Positions 1-11,320 of a DNA stretch of 64,000 bases are shown here, one piece after another. Under the pieces are notes generated by a model. That model ran no database searches. It saw only the letters and a list, made by a program, of their open reading frames with translations, and had not been told where the DNA came from. The stretch's first letter is position 1, and each line of letters starts with the position of its first letter. Origin of the DNA: Callorhinchus milii. Taxonomy: Eukaryota. The DNA lies in the NCBI RefSeq assembly GCF_018977255.1, contig NW_024704743.1:109122001-109186000 (forward strand), read 5' to 3'. The translations under genes were made by a program, and so were the position numbers.

Positions 1-587
1 TAAATGAGACGTAACTTGTGTTTCCACCGTCTTGCCAAGACATCTCAATACCTGCCCTGTTCCTTTAGACTCCCTGGATTGGGACTTTACATTAAAATAC
101 AAACATGATCAATGTTCACAGTGATCATTTCTTTCCTTCTGATGTTGGGGGTCCCTACTGCTTAGAGAGAACACCTACAGAACAGCTCAGCGAGCACATA
201 CATATGCTATACACATATTGGTTAACGAAGACTTTCATTGTGCACTTTAAACTTTGCTCGGTTCCCCGTAAAGGTTTTCATTTACCCCTGTAACTGAAAG
301 GAAAGGATTTCCATTTCGTGCTTCGAAAAAAAGCAGACGACAGCTAAAGTATCTGCTATCTAAAACAGTAATGATATCTCACGTGAAGCACAAGAGATTA
401 AAAATAGTCTGCATTCTGCCAGGGGCTGACTGATGGCTCACACTGATATGCAAAACTTTCGAGGTGAGATCTACAAATCACAGGCAGATTTCCATCACAC
501 AGGATGTTGCTTTGCCTGATGCCTTGGACTCATGATCTGAAGTAACCAATGCTACCACGTTGGAAGCCCAGAACAGGCAACTGGTAC

Positions 588-610
588 GAGAGAGAGAGAG
601 AGAGAGAGAG
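588..610. repeat. (GA)n microsatellite
   Basis: gagagagagagagagagagagag seen directly. Confidence 0.95.
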
Positions 611-735
611 CGCCCGCAGACCTATTTCAAGCTATTTTCAAAACCTCTCATCAATAAGGTAACTGACTGCGTCCCCTAAAAGCTGGAGAGAAAAGTATGA
701 AGCCAGTGAGATGAGGATGCATCAGGAGCGCCTAC

Positions 736-813
736 CTCAATGAGATCTGATGGATCCCGATCAGTCCCGCTGCCTCGTATCCTCACGATCGGGTTGCAAA
801 GTGATAGGAAGTT
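736..813 (-). other. Candidate short non-coding first exon of an unidentified minus-strand gene
   Basis: Begins about 31 nt downstream of the minus-strand TATA box and ends at donor GAG|gtaggc (735-730); TSS is inferred. Confidence 0.45.
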
Positions 814-836
814 ATTTGGGGGTTTCGACTCCTCCA

Positions 837-844
837 CTTTTATA
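837..844 (-). promoter_or_regulatory. TATA box (TATAAAAG)
   Basis: Minus strand reads gggTATAAAAGtgg, a full TATAWAWR match in GC-rich context. Confidence 0.6.
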
Positions 845-890
845 CCCTCCCTCTGCGCTTGGAGAGAGATGCGTCTGCAGCCCCGGCCAG

Positions 891-897
891 TGACGCA
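891..897 (-). promoter_or_regulatory. Variant CRE/AP-1 site TGCGTCA
   Basis: Plus strand tgacgca; about 50 bp upstream of the TATA box on the minus strand. Confidence 0.55.
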
Positions 898-963
898 TCG
901 CCCAGGAGCGGCGTGCGGGCGCACTCATGAATGAACAATGAAGGAGGAGGTGAGAAGGGACTC

Positions 964-996
<33 letters not shown>

Positions 997-1022
997 GGGA
1001 GGGACACACACACACACACACA
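964..1022. repeat. Compound microsatellite (GA)n(GACA)n(CA)n
   Basis: Seen directly. Confidence 0.95.
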
Positions 1023-1515
1023 GATATTACACTACAACACAAGCGGCAGCAACGCGAGGCTCTCAGCTCCCGGGAACGCAGGGACTGTGGAACAAGTCAC
1101 CCACAGGCAGCACCGTGTTGCACCACACGCAGCAGCTCCCAGTCCAAGTCGCGGCGGGACCCAATTGGCCATATTTTTTTTAATATATAGCGGAGTCCCT
1201 TAATTTGGAGCCGATGCTGGAAGTTGAAAGGGGCAATTGGTGGGTATTATTCTCTGTGATTCCCCCTGACAGCGATTCAGGTTAAAGCGACTACACAGAC
1301 CGACGTGCAGCAAACCCTCGATTTGTTTATTGAGATTGTTTATCTGATGCTCTTTTTTTTTGGGGGGGGGAGGGGTATTAGGATTTTTATAGGGGCCTGG
1401 ATCACTTACTATGATTAGAGATGGCCAGGCATTGACTTTGATGTCGGATTGTGGTTTTATAGGGTTCTGTTGGTTGGTCTTTGGGAAGATTGGGCTATAT
1501 TGGGTGTGGAAGCTC

Positions 1516-1536
1516 AGCGCTATCCAAGGTGCTGAA
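1516..1536 (-). promoter_or_regulatory. RE1/NRSE (REST binding site)
   Basis: Minus strand TTCAGCACCttGGAtAGCGCt versus consensus TTCAGCACCnnGGACAGCGCC; canonical 2-nt spacer, one core mismatch. Confidence 0.7.
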
Positions 1537-1989
1537 ACATCCTGATCAGCGCCTGTCGTGAGGAAGACTTGTTTGGACCAAAACACTACTCCGTCCCACT
1601 TCTCTTGGCGTTATTTCGTTGCAGATTTCTCGATGAACACCACACCTAAATATATATATATATGTAATACATAAAACAAACTTTGCACTGAGACCAGGCG
1701 ATAGGGAACAATAGGATAGTTTTGTGTCCAATGTGATATATCAGACTTGGGATATTTTCCTTTACTTTATGCATTTCCGCGGGCTGTATTATCAGATGAA
1801 CGTAGAGAACACCATGTCTCAGATACTTCTACAATAGGCTGAGATTTTATTTTACTAAAAAAAAAACGGTTCAAGACGATTTAATGGAAATGTTTTGGAA
1901 GCCCATTCAAAGGTTAATTGAACTCCGTCAAGTTAATGAAATGCAAAATGACCCTGTGCCAACTCCCCTCATTTCACACTGCCTCGTGT

Positions 1990-2240
1990 GAAAATGAGCC
2001 ATCAAATCAGGAAGATGCCAGATCCAATCTGCAGTCTGTGCCAAGTTAACTCATCTCAGTCAATGCAGCTGCAATTGGCCCCAATGACCGTGAAAAGGAA
2101 AACATTTAGCCAGTATTCCCACTTCTGACCACTCTCCCGAAATCCCTGGTGGAAAGTGCACAGTGTAGATACTAGAGGAGGACAATAGTGGGTTGAATAC
2201 AATATCCCTCTGGTGGAATAGTCTGCCAACACTCAGTCTT
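1990..2240 (+). mobile_element. Ancient SINE remnant, AmnSINE2-like
   Basis: Diverged, collinear blocks gtctgtgccaagttaactcatctcag, caattggccccaatg, agccagtattcccacttctga, ggaaagtgca, gaatagtctgccaacactca; family name from memory of the consensus. Confidence 0.5.
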
Positions 2241-3214
2241 TTTTGTTCGTGTTTTATTCATAGTATCTTCTACTCTGCGATACTGAACCAACGATTGCTT
2301 AAATCGGACTGTGGACCTCCCTGAAAGATGTACAGAAAGTGTTATTTGGTGACTGTGTCTAGGTACACCTCAAATCTAATCAGTACATGTTGGCAAATAT
2401 GTACTATTAGCAATTAGTTAGCAAATATTTACTTTGGAATGCAAAGCTTTTCCAACAATTTCAAAATACAATAGTAACGTTACTTGATAATAATTACTGT
2501 AAATCACTTTGAGACATTCCAATGTGATAAAAAAAATCATGTTCCCCTTTCTACCTTGTTAAGGGTGACAACCAAAGATACACTTATGGTTCCACACCAG
2601 GGAAAAAATATAGTTTACTTCATACAAAATGAGTTTCTTTTATGACTTTGGCAATTAATAGCTTTATTTTCATGCAGAACAAATTGCAAATCTTCCATCG
2701 ATATTTGATCACAATTGTTGAATTGAAGAATTCTGTCCTGTTTTATGCACAAATAGACTTAATGACAGCACCTGAGAAGACCAGTCTATTCCCAGTTCTA
2801 TAGCAATGAGATTGACATCTAATAGCTAGAAAAATAGGATAAATTGTGGGTGCAAAACATTGGAAGATAGTATTACCTTACCAGAGAATACAATTCTCCT
2901 TAGCTTCTGATTTAAGATAAAAATATTAAATTTCACAGTGGATGAGACCGTGAAAAGTAAATGGATGTTTTTTGTCGATGGGTCATTTTTTTATGTGGTT
3001 AAAGAAAACGACTCCCAGATTGCACATAGGACTGCAGAGGGGAAAACTGTAAGTATTATATGTCTTTGGAAGGTAAACACCCTAAAAAATGAAAAGGGAA
3101 AAAGTGGAGAGCAGAGAACTGGTTGAAGTGAGTACAATAATAGCACATCTCATTTCAATTACAGCAGCAATGTAAATGTAATCTGCAACAATGATTCACA
3201 CAAGACACATGCGT

Positions 3215-3583
3215 CGATCAGGCTCATTTGATATGATAGCACTTGCCTCTGAGTCGTAATGTGGTGGATTCAAGCCTTACAGCACTTGGAACTCACAATC
3301 CAGATTGACACCCCAATACAGTACAATGTTGGGAGAGTGCAGCTTTGTCAGAGGTGCCATCCTTCGGATGAGATGTTAAACTGAGGTTCTATCTGTGTCT
3401 GTTCAGGTGGATATCACAGGTCCCATGATGCTACTTGAAAAGAGAAGGCAATTTTTCCTGGTGTTCTGGTCAATAATTCCCCAAATAAAATTGGCCAGGC
3501 ATTTTGTGATTGCTGGTAGGGCATTGCTATGCAGAAATTGGCTACAAAATCCTCCTGAAATCAAAGGTGCTATATCAAATGCA
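3215..3583 (+). mobile_element. Old DeuSINE/SacSINE1-like SINE (family B)
   Basis: tRNA-like head (gcacttgcctctgagtc...ggattcaagcc), core gaggtgccatccttcggatgagatgttaaac, tail aaggtgctatatcaaatgca. Confidence 0.8.
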
Positions 3584-3810
3584 GCGAGTTGTTCGAATCT
3601 GCAATGCATTGCCTGAAAGGGTGGTGGAGGCCGATTCGATAACAACTTTGAAAAACGTGGTGGATGGATATTTGAGGAGGACGGGTTTGCAGGGTTATGG
3701 GGAAAGGGCTGGGGACTGGGATTTACATTACATTGCTCTTTTCAAAGAGCCAGCACAGACTTGATGGGCCGAATGGCCTTTTTTTGTGCTGTATGATTCT
3801 ATGATTCTAT
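3584..3810 (+). mobile_element. CR1 LINE 3' end inserted in the SINE tail
   Basis: QRVVRICNALPERVVEADSITTLK C-terminal motif, gatgggccgaatggcc 3'UTR, (ATTCTATG)n tail. Confidence 0.85.
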
Positions 3811-5489
3811 GATTATTATTAATTAACTCCTGCGTGATTATGAGATGAACAAGTCTGACAGGATATCTTTTTATTTTGCAGAACTCATATTGTACAACCT
3901 TTGAGTTTTTTTAGCTGCTATATTTTGTCTGTTATGTTCCTCTCTTCCCCCACCTCCTGCCAACATACATATAAAGCACCCTCACTTTCAGTTTTTAACT
4001 GTCCTATCAATTTAAAATTAAGTTGCATACCTAAACATTATATGGGTGAAACAAAAAAAACACAACATGATGCAGTGAATACCAACCATAATCATGCTGC
4101 AAATCTCTTTAGCAGGGATGCAACTTATAATGAGGGGTAAAATATTATATTTAATTTTTTTTTATCGATCAGTACTGAATTTCCAGCTCACTAATTGGTA
4201 TGTAAGATTGATGTTATGTGCAGATAACTCACACAACGCACACTTCATTCTGCTTTCAGGAGCATTTCCTGAGCTTCCAAATATGGAACAAGAGGCGGGT
4301 CTATCACTGTTATTTGTAAAGCTATATGTTTTAAACAGATTACCAATAAGTTTACCATGCAGAATACAGAGTCACTACACTTTACAGTACATTCTGTAAA
4401 GTGATTTAAGATGTCCTCCTGATGTGAAAGGTGCTATATCAAGTGCAAGCATTATTTTTATTATAAGATCACAAATACATAAATAAAATAAGATAAATTA
4501 AAAAATATAAAAATATAGTTGGGAAAGAGGCAATGAAAGGTGAGTAAGAAACTAAGTCCCAGTCCCCGAAATTGAACAAATTCTACAACTACATATATTC
4601 CACACTTGTTCTAACTACAAGTACAAATGTACAAAAATGTAAACAGTACACTTCTTGAATTTGGAACTAACACTCGTCTTCAGTGATTTCTAGAGTAATC
4701 TTATTAAATCCTCATATCAGAGAGATGCAAATGTTAAAACCTGGAAGTCTTTAATCCTCAAGTAGTTAATATTGCACAATCGAGGAGCTGCTATCATTGG
4801 AGGGAGAAATAAACTAAAAATGCAGTTTGTTTGTGTATTGTATTTTTAGAGCACTAATATTAGCAACCGAGTCAGTGTTATTTTGATAGTATTATAATTG
4901 CCATTGGGCACAATTTGATTTTGGAAAGATAATTGTGTTGGAACAGCAGACCACATTTCCAATAATCAAATTGTTAGAATTTATAGAAACATCATATTCT
5001 GATTTCTTGTGATGTTAGGTACAGTAATTCTGAGAAGAATCTGGCTTCCAGGAATCTGATGAAATCTGAATTTAGTAATAACAATATTGCCGTCATGCCA
5101 TATGCTGGATTGCATTATTTTTTCTATGTTAGCATAATCACATACAGATTTAATATACATCAAGCTCCTCCATCCTCTTCTCAGCTTGTAAACTGACTGA
5201 AGTAAATAATTGTTTAAAAAAGTAGCTAAATGCCTTAACTACTAGCAGTACCAAAGCTGATAGTATCTAGATTTTGTCAATATCAGCACTCATGTTGTAT
5301 TATGGCATTTTTCTTCAGCAAGCTCGTCAAGTGGTTGTTTCTTAAACAAGCCCTGTGACATAGAGTTCACAGATAACTCATGTAGGTTATCTGAAACAAC
5401 TAGATTTCTGCACAAGTTGTCAAACTAAACAGAATCTAATTAGATCAAGAAGTATCTTCCCTTTTAACTTTTTATAATCTCAATCAGCC

Positions 5490-5790
5490 CCAATAATAAT
5501 AATAGTAACCCTTGCCTTTGGCATATCACCTTATCACATCAAAATGTATCAAAGTGCTTCACAGGATTTTACTGGAAAGTGTAGTGACTGTATTTGCAGG
5601 CAAATTTGTGCACAGCCATGTCCATGAGGTGAATGACCAATTTTATCTGGGGAATTGTTTGCCAGGATAATGGGAGAAAATCCCCTTTCTTTTTTAATTG
5701 TGTCATGGAATCTTTCACATCAACCTGAAACAAGCAGATGGGACCTCAGTTTAACTTTTCATCCGAAGGACGGATGTCACACCTCATTCT
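5490..5790 (-). mobile_element. Family B SINE fragment
   Basis: aataataat tail, aaagtgcttcacagg, ggacctcagtttaacttttcatccgaagga. Confidence 0.7.
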
Positions 5791-6661
5791 TTAAGTCCCG
5801 GTTTTGGTGCATTTTGTTTTTTCACTTAAGATATTTGTGTTTACAACCAATACTATATTAAAAAAGGAAAAAACGGTCGTTAACCTACAAATTTTTAGAT
5901 TGATCAGTGAATATGGTTGTAATAATTATTGTCATGGACCTTTTTTTAAAAAAAATGCTTCTTCCTTTCCTTCTTCCAATGTCATACTCCTTTTCTAGCC
6001 AACAGGGGGAGCTCAAGATCCTCTCAGACACTTTGTAAGTGAACTGCTGGGAGGAATGGAAAGAAATTGTTCTATGGAAGACAGTTCTCTGAGTTCCCCT
6101 CTCTCTCCTCATGCGAGCATATCTGACTTGACCAGCAATGCAATGTGTTCAGCACTCGAGGCTTGAACCAATATCATATCATACCACGAATGGTTACCTT
6201 CCATTTCTTCTAAACTGTGCCCTTTGTGCCATGTCTGAGCATCAGGAAATCCGGAGCATAAGTGATCACTGTACCAAGACAGCTGTAGTAAGTTTGTTTA
6301 TTTGCTACTTAAGCAGCCATGAATTCTGATGTTATTCACACAGGTATAATTATAATGGTACATCAGGGACAATAATGGAGGATTTTGCTTATTTTGTGGG
6401 TGTGAATCATTCGCAGAATGTTAGCACAGTTATTTACTTTAAGCATATTGTGCATAATGGCTTAATATTGATAATTTATATGTGTACATTACAAATTTAA
6501 TAGTGTGTCTGTGTCAGTTATAGCACTCCATCGGAACGCCCAAATCTTGAATTATGTACAGAAAAATATAACAACTGTCTGTGGAAATGAACACAAAACA
6601 ACAGGATATTCTCAGAAGGCTTACTCAATGCTAAATTCAATATTAAAATCATGCTACACTC

Positions 6662-8700
6662 AACATACATTAGAATACATTAGAATATACAGCACAGAAA
6701 CAGGCCATTTGGCCCAATTAGTCTATGCCGGTGTTTATGCTCCACATGAGCCTCCTCTCGCCCTTCCTCAACTAAGACTTCAAGCATTCTATTCCTTCTA
6801 TTCCTTTCTCCCTCATGTACATATCTAGCTTTCCCTTAAATACATCTATGCTATTTGCCTCAACAACTCCTTGTGGTAGCATGTTCCACATTCACACTAT
6901 TCTCTGCGTGAAGAAATTTCTTCCAACTTCCCTATTTGATCGATTTTTGACTGTATTATATCGATGGCCCCTGGTTTTGGTCTCCCCTACAAGTGGAAAC
7001 ATCTTCCCTATGTCTACCCTATTAAATCTGTCATACTTTTAAAGATCTCTATCAGGTCAATCTCTACCCTTCTTTTCTCAGAGAAGAGTCCAGGCATGTT
7101 CAGCCTTTCCTGATAGGTATAACATCTCAGTTCTGGAAATATCCTTGTGAATCTCCTTTGCACCCTCTCCAGTGCCTCTACAGCTTTTCTATAATGTGGG
7201 GACCAGAACTGCACACAGTATTCTAAGTGTGGTCTAACCAAGGTTCCATAGAAGTTTACCATGACTTCCCTGCTTTTCATTTCTATCCCTCTAGAAATGA
7301 ACCCCAATGCCTGGTTTGCCTTTTTATGGCTTTATTAAGCTGTATTGCTACTTTTAGTGAATTGTGTATGTGTACCCCTAGATCCCTTTGCTCCTCTACC
7401 CCATTTAGGTTTTTATTTTTCAGGATGTATGTGACTTCCTTATTCCTTCTACCAAAATGTACCACCTCACACTTTTCCACATTGAAATGCATTTGCCACC
7501 TCACACTTTTCCACATTGAAATGCATTTGTCATTTAAATGCCCATTCAGCAAGTTTATTAATGTCTTACTGTAATTTGTTGCAGTCCTCCTCTGTTTTAA
7601 TTATTCCCCCCAATTTTGTGTCATCTGCAAATTTTGAAATTGTACTGCTGATTCCTGAGTCCAAATCATTAATGTATATTGTGAACAACAGTGGTCCCAA
7701 TACCGATCCTTGTGGAACACCACTGCCCACCGCCTGCCAGTCTGAGTAGCCACCCTTTACCCCTTACTCCTCTGGTTTTTGTTGACCTGAGCTGTCCTTT
7801 CTCCCTCACATCCGCACCACAACTGGCACCGCCTTCCATCACCTCCGGAACATCGCCAGACTACGGCACTACCTCACCCCTCACGCCGCTGAAACTCTGG
7901 TCCACGCCTTTGTCACCTCAAGGCTGGACTATGGGAACTCTCTCCTCGCCGGCCTTCCGCCACCTCCCTCCACAAGCTGCAGGTCATTCAGAACTCTGCA
8001 GCTCGTGTACTGTCCCGCACCAGGCTTCGGGACCACATCACTCCCACCCTCGCTCGCCTCCACTGGCTCCCCATCCCCCAGAGGATTGATTTCAAGATCC
8101 TCATCCTCACCTACAAGGCCATTCACGGCCTTGCTCCCTCCTACCTCTCCGACCTACTATCCCCCTACCTACCTGCCCGTACCCTCCGTTCCTCTGGCTC
8201 CGGTCTGCTCCACGTCTCCCGCCCCAATCGCCCTACCATCGGTGGTCGGGCCTTCAGCCTCTCAGCCCCCAGGCTCTGGAACTCTATCCCCCATGCTTCC
8301 CTTGCTTCTCCTTTTTCAGCCCAGCCTTGACCTCATCCCATTTCTGCCTATACTTTCCCCTGCTCCCCCTGACCCTTCCCCTACCACCATGCCTCTCTGA
8401 CCTTATACATTAGTCTATTATGTGGTACCTTATCGAACGCCTTTTGGAAATCTAAATATATTACATCTACCTTGTCTACTCTTTCTGTTACCACTTCAAG
8501 AATTCAATGAGGTTGGTCAAGCATGATCTTCCTTTTTGAAATCCGTGCTGACTATTCTTTATTATGTTTTCCGTTTCTAGATGTTTTGCTATTACCTCCT
8601 TCAATAAGGATTCCATTATTTTTCCTACCACCGTTGTTAAGCTGACAAGTCTATAGTTCCCTAGGCTTGTTCTATCTCCTTTTTTAAATATAAGTATAGC
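6662..8700 (-). mobile_element. CR1 LINE (RT C-terminal half plus 3' end), interrupted by an L2 at about 7780-8310
   Basis: ORF fragments LVRPHLEYCVQFWSPH and FNVEKCEVVHFG; (ATTCTAATGT)n tail at 6662-6685; same family as 58165-62575; internal 34-bp tandem duplication at 7463-7530. Confidence 0.9.
7780..8310 (+). mobile_element. Young L2 LINE fragment with garbled junctions
   Basis: Nearly identical to 61670-62200 ([19 protein letters not shown]...[15 protein letters not shown]). Confidence 0.9.
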
Positions 8701-8751
8701 TTAAAATAATATTTTGTTAAGTGAACAGAAATTGAAGACCACTACTTGGGA

Positions 8752-9233
8752 AGAAAACTTGGGAATGTAGTAAACAGTGAGGAGGATGGTAGCAGGCTGC
8801 AGGAGGACATAGATAGACTGGTAAAATGGGCAGACACATGGCAGATGAGGTTTAATGTAGAGAAGTATGAGGTACAGCATTTTGAGAAGAAGAATGAGGA
8901 GAGGCACTATACAATAAATGGTACAGTTATAAAGGGGGTACAGGAGCAGAGCGAGCTTGGGGTTCACATATATAGGTCTTTCAAGGTGGCAGGACAGATT
9001 GATAGAGCTATTAAAAAAAACATATGGGATGTTTGGTTTTATAAATAGAGGCATAGAGTACAAAAACAAAAAGTTCTGTTAAACCTTTGTAAGTTGCTCG
9101 TTAGGTCTCAGCTGCAGTATTGTGTCCACACTTTAGGAAGGATTTCAAGGCCTAGGAGAGGGTGCAGAGGAGATTTACCAGAATTGTACCCGGGACGAAG
9201 GATTTTAGTTATGTGGAGAGACTAGAGAAGCTG
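8752..9233 (+). mobile_element. CR1 LINE RT fragment
   Basis: RLQEDIDRLVKWADTWQMRFNVEK and QRRFTRIVPG motifs. Confidence 0.85.
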
Positions 9234-9239
9234 TACCGT

Positions 9240-9410
9240 GTGATCTATATTGCCCACCAGGCAGACAGGGCTCAGTTTAATATCTTATCCATAGATCGAC
9301 ACCTCCAACAATGTTGCACTCCCACCAGTATTTCATTGGAGCATCAGCTTAGACTATATAATTTCAAAGCCCCAACAAGGGGCTTGAACGCACAATCTTC
9401 CGACTCATTG
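9240..9410 (-). mobile_element. Family B SINE 5' half
   Basis: gggctcagtttaatatcttatcc...cacctccaacaatgttgcactccc...ggggcttgaacgcacaatcttccgactc. Confidence 0.7.
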
Positions 9411-11127
9411 ACTTCTAAATGAGGCAGGTTGACTCCCTATTTGTTTTATGCCCAAAGGAACAGTATCAGTCAACGGTGTTTTGTAGAAGCAGAGAAGCTG
9501 AACCTTTCACAGTAAAGGCAGTCTGTAAAATGGTTGCTTGCTGCAAATTATCTAAAAACAATGTCCAAAAGCAGTCTGATCCCACGCTGCAATTTTCAGC
9601 AACTGTGGCGTTGTTGTCTGGGGCTGTAAATTCTTTTTTTTCTAATTTCAGAGAAGAATTTCATTAAAGATTCAATTTTCCTGCCAACCCAACTCCTATA
9701 TTTGCCATGACTTAACACTGATGTCTCCAGACTCCTGGGCTTACATATAAGCAGATTCACATGAATGCACACTGGAGAACTTTTTTGTGTAAAGTGAGCA
9801 TAAATAATGTCTGAAGTCTGGAAGAGAAAAAATAAGGGTTACTTTACACAGAGAAACTTGTAACAATCTCCAACTGGCTGGGCAATCCACTATGATGGTT
9901 CATTCAACAGTACCCTCTAGCACGTTTAAGCCAGAATATTAAAGGTGTAAATCAGCACTGTGTAAAAACCCTCAGAAACAACAGAATTTAAATAACACTT
10001 CTCCGAACATGAGAACCAATTAAGGTTGTTACTCTAATTTTTAATTCTTAATTCTAATTAAGGTTGTTACTCAATTGAATGTCTTATCTGAAGCAATAAT
10101 GCCTCCAACAGTGCAGTGCTTCGCAGCACTGCGCTGGATTGTGAGCCCAGACTCCATTATTTCTTGAGATAGTGGTATATAGCTATTAAAACATACATAA
10201 TTCTCATCGCATTCTAAGCTACAGTCGAAAGATGTAAATAGATGAAACTATTGTGAAAGTCTAAAGCAGTAAACGGGTTAAGTGGTATTCTTACTAATGC
10301 TGCCTTTTGTTCACAGTGATAGCCAGGCTACAAATGTGGCCATGCTTTTGAGTTGCTTATGAAGGACATGGCTAGATATTGGTGATATGGAGTTCCCTCT
10401 CTTACCAACACAAAATTAAATCCCCAAACTGTATCTAGTTTCTCAGTATCTTTCTGCAAAAATAAAATGACCGGCATTTGCAGCAATCTCAATCCCAGGG
10501 GAGAGTGGTTGGGTGTGGGACATATAAATGCACTCTGAATCGTTGTGCTGCTAGCAGTAATGCCACACCTCACCTAGTGTTAAAGGAGGCAACTGGCAAA
10601 GAAGGAAAAGGATTCGAGCTTCTTTATTGAAGAGTCAATGGAAATTTCTAACACATCAAGCTGTTGTCCATCATTCTAATCAAATTCTAGGCTCATTTGC
10701 AAGGATGTAACTTGAAGCAGGTTATTTTGGGTTCCCGCCACCTTATTTAGCTTTTCCGCTTTATTTAGCATATTACTCATTGTTAATGACATCAGAACCT
10801 GGTGATTTTATTTTTGCCTCAGAACCAAACTGCAACCCAATTCTTGGTGACCTGATTCATCCATCTCACTCTGAAGAAAACAAAGGTAAGGCAAGAGCAA
10901 CCTAATGTTAGTTCTAAAACAAGGTCCTTTCAGTGAGAAATGAGTGTAAATAAACTCATAAATTCACATAAGGAATTTAGAGATAACTGTATGTCACAGC
11001 CTGGTATTTTTTTTTGGATGGGGAGGAAAAACATTTAGTAAAATGCAGAACTGAACAGAACATCAGCATTCACTAATAAAGATGGCATATGCTGCAAACC
11101 AGTTCTATGCATTTATTAAATACAGGA

Positions 11128-11320
11128 AACAACAAAATCTTGCATTTATGTAGGGAGCTTCACAAGGATGGGGGTTGGACACTGTGCAAGGGAGAAGAGC
11201 GAGGTGGGAGGAAGAGATAATCATAGGCACATTTGAAGAGGTAGGTTTTGAGGTGGGACATAAAGACAGAAAGAGAGGGGAAAGACAGAGTGGTAAAGGG
11301 AGGGAGTTCCAGAGGTTAGA
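11128..11320 (-). mobile_element. L2 3' end, old
   Basis: aacaacaaaatcttgcatttatgtag tail; agggagttccagag. Confidence 0.6.

Larger units (their letters stand above)
610..1320. promoter_or_regulatory. CpG-rich promoter-like island
   Basis: Many CpGs (gcggcgtgcgggcgc, cgcggcggg, cccggg) against a CpG-depleted AT-rich background; palindromic CCAATTGG at 1161-1168. Confidence 0.65.

Noticed and set aside
1200..1586. 128-aa minus-strand ORF as a protein
   Set aside because: Non-ATG start, runs through a splice donor and poly-C/poly-A tracts, and has no recognisable domain
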